Assembly (NCBI RefSeq): GCF_026571515.1
Contig: NW_026852214.1
Coordinates: 62,001 to 126,000 of the forward strand
DNA: 64,000 bases
Source: Ruditapes philippinarum
Taxonomy: Eukaryota
Direction: 5' to 3'
Below, piece after piece: positions 12,265 to 22,854 of this stretch. A model generated the notes under the pieces. It did not search any database. It was not told where the DNA came from and worked only from the letters and a program-made list of their open reading frames with translations. The translations under genes were made by a program, and so were the position numbers. Position 1 is the first letter of the stretch, and every line of letters begins with the position of its first letter.

Positions 12265-12953
12265 AGTGGCCAAGGTCAAGGTCACACATAGTGGTCAAAT
12301 GTGTATTCGGATCATTTAATCATCATTTATCAAGGAATTGAAAAACAGGATGGTCATTTTCATGACAGCTGATGTGATACATGTGATTTAGATTAATATA
12401 TGCAAGGTCAAGGTCAATAAAGATGATATTCAAGGTCACTAAAAATGATAAAATATAGAAATTTTGTCCAGAGCATATCTCCTCCACACATGTTGGGATT
12501 CGAATGAAACTTCATAAAAATGTTCACCATGTGCATTAACCAGGTCTCTAGGTTAAAGGTTATGGTCACTGATGTCATTGAAAAATGTTTGTTTGGAGCC
12601 GAACTTCTACATTCATCGGGGGATTTTAATGTAACTTGGCATAAGTGTTCACGATTGTGAGGCCTATTTTGCACATTATCCAGGTCCCTGCTTCCAAAGT
12701 CAACATCACGAAGAGAGGTCAATGTTTTTGTACAGGGAGCATTTAGCAGTCCTCATTTATTGATGGATTGTAACACAAATGATAACTATCATGACTATCC
12801 AAGTGTGACAAATGCAATTTGGTTACAAGGTCACTAGAGACAAAAATATCCAGATATTGCCCAGAGCATGTCTCCTATATGCATATCTATAATGCCCACA
12901 TCTCTGTCAAAAGATTTTGTGACGGGCGTATTTTGCGACAATGTTGCCCTTGT
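12265..12953 (-). mobile_element. Degraded HINE-like element
   Basis: Repeated AAGGTCAAGGTCA units; ends GACGGGCGTATT...GCCCTTGTTT (AAACAAG-type terminus on minus). Confidence 0.45.
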
Positions 12954-12990
12954 TTTTTTCTCATTTTTTGCAATTTATGCGAATTGTAAG

Positions 12991-13199
12991 CATAGGCACT
13001 TGGTTTCGAGATAAAAAGCCTTTTGATTGAATGTAACGATTTTTAACGTAGATGTCTCGATGCTAAATTTGTCATTTTTCCGATATTACTGTGTTTTTAG
13101 TAATATCGGCAAAATTACGAATTTAGAATCGAGACATCTACGTTATTGAGTTCTACAAACCCTTCAAAAGGCTTTTTATCCCGAAACCAAGTGCCTATG
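12991..13199. mobile_element. Fully palindromic 209-bp MITE, 8-bp TSD (P- or hAT-type)
   Basis: TIR CATAGGCACTTGGTTTCG.GATAAAAAGCCTTTTGA; perfect TSD ATTGTAAG (12983-12990 / 13200-13207). Confidence 0.9.
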
Positions 13200-13901
13200 A
13201 TTGTAAGTGACGTTTGCCATGTGTAAATTAATAAGTTATTGCCTTTTTCACTTCACAATATTTGAATATATGAATAAATTATACTTGTTCAAAAAATACA
13301 TGAATCTGGAGGCAATTGCAGCTTAAATATCTAAATATATTGAATATTTTTCAACCTCAGCAACTAATAAGAATGATTTTCCCCCCAGTATAAGTACATG
13401 ATTAATTCATATTAATTAAGTGGTCCACGCGATAGAGCAAATATTGACTCAAGTGGGCATGAGGAACACTCTGGGTGTGATTATTACTAATTTAAGTCTA
13501 TATAGACCAAATGATGCCACGTGAGGAAGGCCAAACTTGCTTTCTGCACACCGTCTTATTATTTCTAAACATGTCTGCCATGTAGTTCCAAATTCCTTCC
13601 ATTGGTTCAAAATATACAAAGCTGCCAGCTAGACGGATTCATAAGCAGGTTGGTATCAATATCGGCCGGATTTTTTTTCGGGCATATTAAAAACTAACAT
13701 TAATATCATCATAATTATTAACTTCTCTACACATTAATAATGTTGTACAGCAGGTTCGTTATGGCTGTCGGTGCAATCAACTTGTTTTTTGAAAGAGTTA
13801 TACATGTACCTGTAAATTTTCTGCGAAATTTTGTTGTTTTTCTTCAAGGATTTATCATAAAAGCACAATTTTGTCAGCACCTTTAAAATTGTCTAAATGA
13901 A

Positions 13902-14518
13902 GGCATTTTACTTCCAATTCATTAACAAGAAAATAGAGAAAATAACAAAACAAATATGTTACTGCAAAATGAAAAATCACAAAATGACTGTAAATATCGT
14001 AACACAATGAAAAGTCTCTAAATCCAATTGATTCTGTAGAATAACCAGTTCTAATACTTTTGTGTCATCCCATGACCGTAACAAAGTGTAAACACCTGTC
14101 TTGTGGTTATGACGTATTGAAGGCTTGGGGAATATTTCTTCATTCCTGAATAATGGCTTCCTCGAGTTCAAGCCACTCCTGCATTCCAAATCACCAGATC
14201 TAAACATCACACTTGTCGGCTGAATTGAACAGGCGTTTGAGAAAGTGACCAAAATTAAGCTCCTCGCAATTTGCTGGAACACGAGTAAGCCCTTATTTAG
14301 GAATAGAGAACTGTGGGGCAGAGGTGTTTACTTTGTTATAGCCAATTGGGAGGACATACAAAGTGTTAGAACTGGTACACATACATATTTAATGGGATTC
14401 AGAGACTGTTCATTGTGTTACGATTTTTACAGTCATTTTGTTATTTTTCATTTTACGGTAACCTATTTGTTTTTCTATTTGTTCTATTTTCTTATTCATG
14501 AATTGTAAATAAAATTCC
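13902..14518. repeat. Old ~620-bp foldback (inverted repeat) element
   Basis: AAAATGAAAAATCACAAAATGACTGTAAATATCGTAACACAATGAA pairs with TTCATTGTGTTACGATTTTTACAGTCATTTTGTTATTTTTCATTTT. Further nested inverted blocks include ACCAGTTCTAA / TTAGAACTGGT. Confidence 0.75.
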
Positions 14519-15410
14519 AAGTAGTAAGTATGATATATTGAATTTTGTAAAGTCCAAATTTGAACAAAATCCGTTCACAAATAACCTATTTATACAGAAA
14601 AATGTCAGTGTCGGGTTATAAGTGCCTCTGAGTGTATTGTTGGTCTTAGTCGTGTGTCTGCAAAGGATAAACAGGTCATATATAGGCTATCTTCCAATGT
14701 AATCTTTCAAAAAAGATATCACCAATTAATACCCACATAATTCTAACATTAAAACTGACAATAAATTGGTTTACTATAAAACATGGCACGATAAAGGCAT
14801 ACCTTATATAGAACACATTTATGATTATAGGGAAAAAGACTTTTATAAATATTATGATTTTAAGAACATTTACGGAATAAAAATTGCTGATTATTTATGC
14901 TTATAAATGAATAAAATTAAACGAATTATTAACAAATAAATCATCACCATACCAGTTCTTCAGGAGAACAAAATTTACTCAACATTCCATTTCTTTAGAA
15001 AAAGCACAAAAATTACCGACCCATTTATATTTGCAATCACGCGCCAAAAAAATCTCCGTTGCGTATTTCAGTCACTCCCTTTCGCGATTTATTTTTTTCT
15101 CTCTCTCTTTCTTTTTGAAAGAAGAAATACCTGCATCTGGATCGATTTTTTTTTTGTAATTTACACCTGAAGATACAAGATACAAGAAAATTTATTTTAC
15201 GATGAAGAAAGTTTCCGGTGGTGCGCTACGGTCACTTCCTGTTTCTTCTCTTCACGAAAGTTATTTTCTCTCCAAAAATCACCATTTTGGAATTAATCTC
15301 AATATTGCAATTGGTTTATGAATATCTAATGTACATATTTACCAGGTTTGATGGTCCATTATACATGTAAAGAGCTTTTTCAGACTTTTTCATTGTTGTC
15401 CATTGATACT

Positions 15411-15429
15411 CAAAATGTCCGCCATTTTG
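15411..15429 (+). promoter_or_regulatory. YY1-like palindrome in LINE 5' UTR (candidate internal promoter element)
   Basis: CAAAATGTCCGCCATTTTG contains the CCGCCATNTT YY1 consensus. Function is untested. Confidence 0.4.
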
Positions 15430-15504
15430 AATTTCTCCCATAATGCCTAGCGTTTTTGTAAACATCCTGTGTGAATCTGCAGGCCTACATCCAGTAAGTT
15501 AGTC

Positions 15505-18500
15505 ATGTTTAAACACTTTATTTACCCTTTTTCAATTGCATCTGTCCTTCTGTTTTATAAAATTACCAGATTACCATGCCATTCAGTGGATCTACCCACC
15601 AATATGCCCTTGCTTGTGCAGGATAGGCCTGCCATCAGTCTATCTATGCAGTTCTCCACTTGCATGAAGATACACATGGGGAAAGCGAAAGGCCCTGTTT
15701 GTCGTAACAGGCTTGTTCTTCTATATCTTTGCTCCCTATTGTTGTCAGACATTGAACCTAACCCTGGTCCTAGGAAGCTCAAATTTCCATGTGTTATTTG
15801 TAGTAAAGCTTGTAAATGGGTGGGCAAACCTAGTGTTTGCTGCGACACATGCGACTGCTGGTATCACCAAGAATGCATGGGTATGCCCGATGCGGTCTAC
15901 AAAGCCCTTGCCAACTACACATGGGAATGCGTCCAGTGTGGGCTGCCAAACTTCTCAACTGGCTTATTCAACACAACACTCTTTGACACTACAAATAGTT
16001 TCGCCAACCTTAGCGATACCTCAAACATTGACAGTGAGATCAGCTTTAGCTGCCCCAATGCTACTTCATCGCCGCATCGCAGACTCCATAGCTCCACTTC
16101 AGGTAACCAACCAGAGAAACGGTATGACCTGCCACTCAGAGTGCTGAACATTAACTGCCAGTCTATCAAAGGCCCAGGAAAGAAGGCTCAGCTCGAGAAT
16201 ATGATTGCCTCAACAGAAGCCGATATCATTATTGGCACTGAATCCTGGCTGGACAGCAGCATTAATTCCTCTGAAGTCTTCCCATCACACTTGAAGTCAT
16301 ACAGACGTGACCGCCAAGATGGAACACAGGGAGGAGGGGTTTTCTTACTTGTTTCTGACATTTATACAAGTGATGAGCCAGCAGAGCTGAACCCACCAGG
16401 TGATTGTGAGGTGGTATGGTGCAAAATCAAGGTAAAAGGAGTCCAAGACCTGTATGTTGGTGCTTTCCACAAGCCTCCATCCAAGACAACCCCTGAATAC
16501 CTTGACATGCTTGACACCTGCCTTTCGCGGATACCCAGGGGTGCGCACTTATGGTTGGGCGGCGACTTTAACCTTGGAGATATAGACTGGGTCAATGAGT
16601 GTCCACAGCTACATGCCACACCCATGAAGCAATGCCAGCAACTCTTAGACATCATGAAAGATGCCTCCCTTGTTCAGATAGTTGATAAACCTACAAGAAC
16701 AACCGAATATACGGAATCCTGTCTTGACCTCTTCTTCACCAATAACCAGTCTCTCATCAACCGTTGCGAAGTCCTTCCAGGCATAGCCGACCATGACGCA
16801 GTGTTCATAGAGTCAAGCCTCCGTCCCATGAGAGTTCGTAAACCTCCAAGGAATGTCCTTCAATACAGAAAAGCTGACTTTGAAAGCTTCAAGGCTGAAC
16901 TGACAACATACTTACCACAGTTCACTGAAGAGACAGCCAACAGCTCTGCTGACCATTCTTGGAAGATCTTTGAGAATAAGTTGAAGTCGTTAGTCACCAG
17001 GTACATTCCCTCCAAAACCATCTCGGGTAACAAAATACACAAACCATGGATCACAAAGACAGTAAAGACTCTCCATCGAAAAAGAAACAAACTACTATCC
17101 AAGTTCAAATCAACTGGTTCCCTCAAGGATAGGCGGCGATACCATCAGGCCAAAAGAGAAACTCAAAAGAAAGAACGTCAAGAATATTGGCTATACATAG
17201 AAGACCTAATCGATGCCGATGATCCAGCCTCAGAACAACCATCAAAACAAAAGAAGTTCTGGAATTACATCAAATCTTTAAGAAGGGACAACTGTGGGGT
17301 TTCACCACTGAAAGACAAGGGCAAGTTACATGCTGAATCGATTGACAAAGCCAATATCCTAAACAAACAATACCAATCCGTTTTCACTAGGGAGGACAAA
17401 TCCAGCATCCCAAATCCTGAGGCCGAACCATCCCCCACCATGCCTGACATAGAGATTACCAACAAGGGAGTGCTTACACTACTCAGGAAGCTCAACCCAA
17501 AGAAGGCAGCAGGCCCAGACATGATCTCTGCGCGCATCCTTAAGGAGATGGCTGAACAGTGTTCATCATACCTGGTCGTCATCTACAAAAAGTGCCTCTC
17601 TTCTGGCAGCATACCTGAGGTGTGGATAACAGCCAACGTGTCAGCCATATTTAAGAAAGGGGAGCGCTTCAAAGCCAGCAACTATCGACCGGTATCCCTC
17701 ACCTGCATAGCCTGCAAGATGCTGGAGCACATCATCGTTACCAACATAATGAATCATCTTGATAGTCACAAGATACTCACCGACAGCCAGCATGGATTTA
17801 GAAGAAGGCGGAGCTGCGAAACCCAGCTACTAACGCTGACAGACGAGCTCATCAAGTCCATGGACAGGCGTAAACAACATGACCTCGCTGTACTGGACTT
17901 CAGCAAAGCCTTCGACCGCGTCCCACACAGTCGCTTGCTTGTCAAGCTCCATCATTATGGCATCAGAAACCATACCCTGAAGTGGATTGAGGCATTTCTC
18001 ACAGGCCGCACTCAGCGCGTAGTCGTTGATGGAGCAACGTCCGACCCAGCACCCGTTATCAGCGGAGTCCCCCAGGGAAGTGTGCTCGGACCCATACTCT
18101 TCCTGGTCTTCATCAATGACCTGCCACTTCATGTCACGTCCAAAGCCAGACTCTTTGCTGACGACTGTGTGGTATACCGGGAAATCAACACTGAAGAGGA
18201 CTGCCACGTTTTGCAGGATGACCTGAAGAAGTTGGCATTGTGGGAGAAACGCTGGGGCATGAGTTTTCACCCAGAGAAATGCAGTATAATCAGGGTCCAC
18301 AGGAAGAGGAACCCCATCATATACCCGTACTCCTTGAAGGGCCACACACTCGAGATAGACTCGATAACCAAGTACCTCGGAGTCCATATGTCTGGAAACC
18401 TCTCCTGGAATCAACATGTTGACAAGATCGTAAAGAAGGGCAACAGCACACTCGGCTTCCTTCGACGCAACCTGCGCATCAGCAATGAACAGGTCAAGAG

Positions 18501-18960
18501 CACAGCCTACATGTCACTCGTGCGACCAGGCCTTGAATATTGCTCCACCATCTGGAACCCTTATACCAAGGACCTTACACGCAAGCTCGAGATGGTCCAG
18601 AGGAGAGCTGCAAGATATGTGACGAACCGTTACCACAACACAAGCAGCGTATCCTCAATGATCCAACACTTGGAGTGGGAGACATTAGAGTCACGACGGA
18701 CCAAAGCCCAGCTGACCATGATGTTCAAGATCACCAATGACCTTGTGGACATACCAGTCAGTGATTATCTCACCCCTGCCCCGAGCCGCACTAGAAGTGA
18801 CCACTCCAAGAAGTTCCATCTACCATCAACATCTACATCGTACTACAAGAACTCCTTCTTCCCTCGTACAGCCACGATATGGAACAGCTTACCTGCCTCC
18901 GTTGCAGAGGCCCCTGACTTGGTATCCTTCAAGCAGGGGCTATCAGCCCTCACATTCTAA
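15505..18960 (+). CDS. LINE polyprotein: 2A-like peptide, PHD finger, APE endonuclease, reverse transcriptase (1151 aa)
   Basis: PHD CVIC...CDTCDCWYHQEC...WECVQC. APE NINCQSI, GTESWL, GGDFN, LDLFF, ADHDAV. RT YRPVSLT, QHGFR, DFSKAFD, GVPQGSVLGP, FADD, KYLGV. CR1-type C-terminus LEMVQRRAAR, FFPRT..WNSLP. Confidence 0.97.
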   Translation: MFKHFIYPFSIASVLLFYKITRLPCHSVDLPTNMPLLVQDRPAISLSMQFSTCMKIHMGKAKGPVCRNRLVLLYLCSLLLSDIEPNPGPRKLKFPCVICSKACKWVGKPSVCCDTCDCWYHQECMGMPDAVYKALANYTWECVQCGLPNFSTGLFNTTLFDTTNSFANLSDTSNIDSEISFSCPNATSSPHRRLHSSTSGNQPEKRYDLPLRVLNINCQSIKGPGKKAQLENMIASTEADIIIGTESWLDSSINSSEVFPSHLKSYRRDRQDGTQGGGVFLLVSDIYTSDEPAELNPPGDCEVVWCKIKVKGVQDLYVGAFHKPPSKTTPEYLDMLDTCLSRIPRGAHLWLGGDFNLGDIDWVNECPQLHATPMKQCQQLLDIMKDASLVQIVDKPTRTTEYTESCLDLFFTNNQSLINRCEVLPGIADHDAVFIESSLRPMRVRKPPRNVLQYRKADFESFKAELTTYLPQFTEETANSSADHSWKIFENKLKSLVTRYIPSKTISGNKIHKPWITKTVKTLHRKRNKLLSKFKSTGSLKDRRRYHQAKRETQKKERQEYWLYIEDLIDADDPASEQPSKQKKFWNYIKSLRRDNCGVSPLKDKGKLHAESIDKANILNKQYQSVFTREDKSSIPNPEAEPSPTMPDIEITNKGVLTLLRKLNPKKAAGPDMISARILKEMAEQCSSYLVVIYKKCLSSGSIPEVWITANVSAIFKKGERFKASNYRPVSLTCIACKMLEHIIVTNIMNHLDSHKILTDSQHGFRRRRSCETQLLTLTDELIKSMDRRKQHDLAVLDFSKAFDRVPHSRLLVKLHHYGIRNHTLKWIEAFLTGRTQRVVVDGATSDPAPVISGVPQGSVLGPILFLVFINDLPLHVTSKARLFADDCVVYREINTEEDCHVLQDDLKKLALWEKRWGMSFHPEKCSIIRVHRKRNPIIYPYSLKGHTLEIDSITKYLGVHMSGNLSWNQHVDKIVKKGNSTLGFLRRNLRISNEQVKSTAYMSLVRPGLEYCSTIWNPYTKDLTRKLEMVQRRAARYVTNRYHNTSSVSSMIQHLEWETLESRRTKAQLTMMFKITNDLVDIPVSDYLTPAPSRTRSDHSKKFHLPSTSTSYYKNSFFPRTATIWNSLPASVAEAPDLVSFKQGLSALTF
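15748..15771 (+). other. 2A-like ribosome-skipping (StopGo) motif DIEPNPG|P
   Basis: Exact D(V/I)ExNPGP consensus preceded by a Leu-rich helix (RLVLLYLCSLLLS). It lacks the usual Gly immediately before Asp. Confidence 0.75.
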
Positions 18961-19320
18961 TTCGCCTTAGGGGCCCAGCTACAAGTACCCACTAGTGATA
19001 TCCAAGGCTGTGCCGGCAGCGGCCACCGTAACCGGAGAGGTTTGGGTTGAAGAGGCGAAATATAGCTGGCCATACTTTTTGTCTATATCTCTATCTTTGT
19101 ACTATCCAACCTCTTCTTACTTTCTATCATTTCTTGTATATTTCTTTTTCTTGACCTAGCACCACCCGTCGCGTCATAATCAAGTGTGATTGCGCCGACG
19201 TACAATGTAGATGTAGATGTAGACGTCGGATACACCTGGCAGTTACACTGATTATTTTTTTTATTCGATTAAGATTGGGAACATTAGTCTCATTAATCGG
19301 TTTCAATCAAGCTGGCCAAA

Positions 19321-19898
19321 ATGTCCGGCCAAATAACAAAATCATTACAAAATACGTTACATAATGTAGTGTATCGTTCTTATTTGAACGTGCCAGCTTT
19401 GAATATTTCAGCGAATAGGGCAGCTAACAAAAATTTTCATCACCGGATACCTCAAAATGTCTCACGATATTGCCAAGTATTTTATTCGGGCATTTATAAG
19501 GGAAGAGCGCTATACCCCACCCACATTTTAACGAAGAGAAGCTATTCAACAGTAGGAAAAGACGAGAATGAGAAGGGAGATCCATGGAAAACTATGTGTC
19601 CTCTTAATTTAACAGCTTGGTACTCTGTAAAATTTCTATTTATCATGGCGATGCATGACAATTCAATAAAATATCATTTAGGACGTGATTTTATTCTTGG
19701 TAGTATGGAAGCTTTTAAGTATGTGTCTGATTGTTTAAATAGAAAGGATTACGAAGGACTATCAGATGTTATGACAATAGAATTGCATGAAAGATTACAG
19801 AAAGAAGATATGAAGTTACCACCACTTGACACCCCTGATGTTGGTCTCATTTCCTTGTACAACATCAAATGGAAAATGGATAAAGAGACAAAGATTAA
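19321..19898 (+). CDS. MAIP1: MAIP1-like paralog B, exon 1 of 2
   Basis: Long acid-free, Arg-rich presequence-like N-terminus ending KRSYS. Core FILGSMEAFKYVSDCLNRKDYEGLSDVMTIEL aligns with paralog A. Donor AA|GTAAGT at 19899, phase 2, same position as in A. Confidence 0.72.
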
Positions 19899-20103
19899 GT
19901 AAGTATTCTGCGGCTTTTCTTAATCACGCAACATTGATGGCCCATTCAGTCAAATTTTGTATATAAGAACTTTGTACAAAACAGTATAAATACACCAAAA
20001 TTTATTGATACAGTGATACTGTAATCAAATATTTTGATGTGCCAAAGCTAATTTTGAGATATGTTCTAGGTCAGAATCTCGCAATATCCCTCATTGAGAG
20101 GAT

Positions 20104-20857
20104 GATTTCGAGACGTTTCGGCCCCAAGACGTATCGGCCCCAAACTACCCAAGACGTTTCGGCCCCGGACGTTTCGGCCCTTTACCAAATCGGCCCCAGA
20201 ATATGTACTGTATTTTAAACCGATATATTAAAAGCATTTCAATGATTAAATGAATCAATTAGTATATATATTTAATCATTTTGTATAAAAACTAGATAAT
20301 AATAGTAGTAGGGGAAAAGTAATCAATACTTGTAAACAGAACAGAACATAAACTTAATTTGAAAAAATATAATTCACAAACAAACAATTACTTACAGCAT
20401 ATATAGATAATATTTTATTAATACAAACAGAACAGAACATAAACTTTATTTAAAAAAATATAATACACAAACAAACAATTATTTACAACATATATAGATA
20501 ATATTTTATTAATACAAACAGAACAGAACATAAACTTTATTTGAAAAAATATAATACACAAACAAACAATTATATATGGTTTGTTTTATAAATTAAGTAA
20601 CCTGCCTTTATTGTTTGTTACACCTTTAAAAACATTAACGTACATCTAAATGGTTCAAGAGATCAAAAGATAATAAATAATTATTTAAAGAATTACAGTG
20701 TCATAATTGTTTAATTGTTATTAAATTAATTGTTGTTAATCAATCAAGCAATATACTATAGTGGGGCCGAAATGTCTCGCGGAAAAGGGCCGAAACGTCC
20801 AGGGGCCGATTTTTCGACTGGGGCCGATTTGGTTTGGGGCCGAAACGTCCTGTTTCC
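20104..20857. mobile_element. MITE with 8-bp TSD and repeated subterminal motifs (MULE-like/unclassified)
   Basis: TSD GAGAGGAT (20096-20103 / 20858-20865); multiple GACGTTTCGGCCCC / GGGGCCGAAACGTC motifs at each end; internal 91-bp tandem repeat (starts 20334, 20425, 20516). Confidence 0.88.
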
Positions 20858-21012
20858 GAGAGGATATATTTCCCATACACTAAATACTAAAATAGCACAG
20901 TATTTCAATGCATAGTAAATAAATGGACAGGACTTGCTGACACTGTATTCTGCTCAAATCAATATAAATATGAAATTAGGTGCTGCCTATGAAACGAAAG
21001 CTACTCTGATTT

Positions 21013-21480
21013 CAGTGGGTTTTTTTCACTTTCGGGGGGAGAGGGTCCATGCCCTTTGAAGGGGGAAAATTGCAATAGGAGGGGGAATTTTATTGGTTTA
21101 TTTATTTTATATTGTTTTCTTTCCGGTAGAATAGGGGAGCAACTTTTTGAACACAAGTTTAAGATATGTCACATTTTCCTAATATATGGATTTTAGATAT
21201 CGACGCGTCGCCTGTTAAACTTATTGGGACGCGGGGAGTAGCCCCCCTTACCTACCTGAGAACGATTTATAAACAACCTAGCTTAACAGTAAGTCTTACA
21301 GGCATAAAATAAAACATTTTTCAGCAGTTAGTTGCAAAAAAAGAATGATATTCATTGCAGGCAGATTCGGGCTGCCGTATAGGGGGAAATTTCAGCTTTG
21401 AGGGGGGAAAAAACTTTACAATTTTGAGGGGGGTAATGGGGCCGAATTTCGCCAAATATTTGGGTGAAAAAAAACCACTG
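21013..21480 (+). mobile_element. CAG-terminal MITE (hAT-like, ~5-bp TSD)
   Basis: TIR CAGTGGGTTTTTTTCAC / GTGAAAAAAAACCACTG, flanks GATTT / GATTA. A second copy lies in the gene A intron. Confidence 0.75.
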
Positions 21481-22222
21481 GATTAAATTATAAGCAAAAC
21501 ATAATTATATACATGTACAGTGCAGTCCATAGATTCTGTTATGTCATACTGGCTCTTGAAAAATACATTTTGGCAAAATATTTGTCCATTCAGAAATACA
21601 GTACATGTAAATGACTGTAAAGTAAATAAATACCAGTCTGCGAAATAACTTTTTTAGATCATAGGCCATTTCGTCCTTTAACTAAGGCGAAAGTTTAGGC
21701 CTGGACAGATTCCTTTATTGTGCAAAATAAAGACAATACTTTATGTTTTATCACATCAACAAAGGTTCAATTTAAGCACAAAGGCAGGGAAAATCAGTCA
21801 GCCACTTTTCAATAAAATTCTCTAATTCTGTTCTTATATATTCAACATTAAATTTAACAGGGTGTCCGTTTGACCCTTGAAATGACTTTTTGACCCTTCA
21901 AATTTCCAAAAGGCCTGATTTGACCCTCAGGATTTTAAAGGAAGTGTCAAATTTTGTTAAAATCATAGAAATTTGATCTTGTAGTCCGTAAAACTTAGTC
22001 AAAATGACCCTCCGGATTTCATGGCTAGTGAACACAATGGGCTGCAACCCCCCAGCTCAGCCAAAAGATACGTTCAAGAGCTAGGATGGAATATATTATT
22101 ATACATGTGTCAGTTTCATGCAATAGTGATCATACTGTACTCCCTTATCAAAACATATAATGCTGTCATCCAGTTGTTAGGCACCTGCCTAGGTGCTGCA
22201 AAGATCTTTATCTAATGACTTG

Positions 22223-22377
22223 CAGTCAATGAATTTAAGATTTTGAATTTACTAGCCCGAATTCCAGTTTTGAATTTATTCTACTATATATTTACCTAAA
22301 TTTTCTTAAAATTTTCACTGGCCGGAACTATTTTTCACTGGCCATAGGCCACTGGGCCAGTGCTAAATTCATGACTG
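22223..22377. mobile_element. 155-bp CAG-terminal MITE with 6-bp TSD
   Basis: TIR CAGTCAATGAATTTA / TAAATTCATGACTG; TSD GACTTG (22217-22222 / 22378-22383). Confidence 0.75.
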
Positions 22378-22495
22378 GACTTGAACATAAAAAAGGCAAA
22401 TTTTATTGGCCTATTACCTTCACAAATGTCTCAGAGTCACTAATACTATAGTAATAGTGGCGAATAGTAGGTGTGTTACACAGTACAATATATAA

Positions 22496-22854
22496 CAGTG
22501 TTTTTTTTTCCTCTACTTTGGGAATGGTGCCGGTACCAGACTGATTGGGAAAAAATGCGTTATTTTGACTTCTATTGGGAATATTTTTTAATACATTTTT
22601 TCAGCTACAAATAAGATTAATTATCATGAATAAAGATAGCTAACAGCTTCCACTGTCAAGGTAGAACTATGAAGTGGTGATTTATATGAATATGTTGGAT
22701 TTAAATGATTTCAGATAAATTTCTTGGCCTTGTGGAAATTTTGAACAGCCATTTTGGGAATTTAAACATTGGAAATTGGGAATTTTAAAGTCTATTTTCT
22801 ATTGGGAACAGTACCGTTTTAGGGTAGTAGTTATATAAAGAAAAAAAAACACTG
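22496..22854. mobile_element. CAG-terminal MITE with 5-bp TSD (hAT5-like)
   Basis: TIR CAGTGTTTTTTTTT / AAAAAAAAACACTG; TSD TATAA (22491-95 / 22855-59); internal TTGGGAA repeats. Confidence 0.78.

Larger units (their letters stand above)
15231..19222 (+). mobile_element. Apparently full-length CR1-group non-LTR retrotransposon (LINE)
   Basis: Intact ORF; 3' UTR with stem-loop (19167-19200) and (ATGTAG)x3 tail (19205-19222); visibly more GC/CpG-rich than flanks. The 5' boundary is inferred from a possible 3-bp ACG duplication (15228-30 / 19223-25) and is uncertain. Confidence 0.88.

Noticed and set aside
15555-18970. Overlapping or antisense ORFs within the LINE (e.g. 17830-18417, 195 aa)
   Set aside because: Expected shadow ORFs of a GC-richer coding region; no recognisable motifs.
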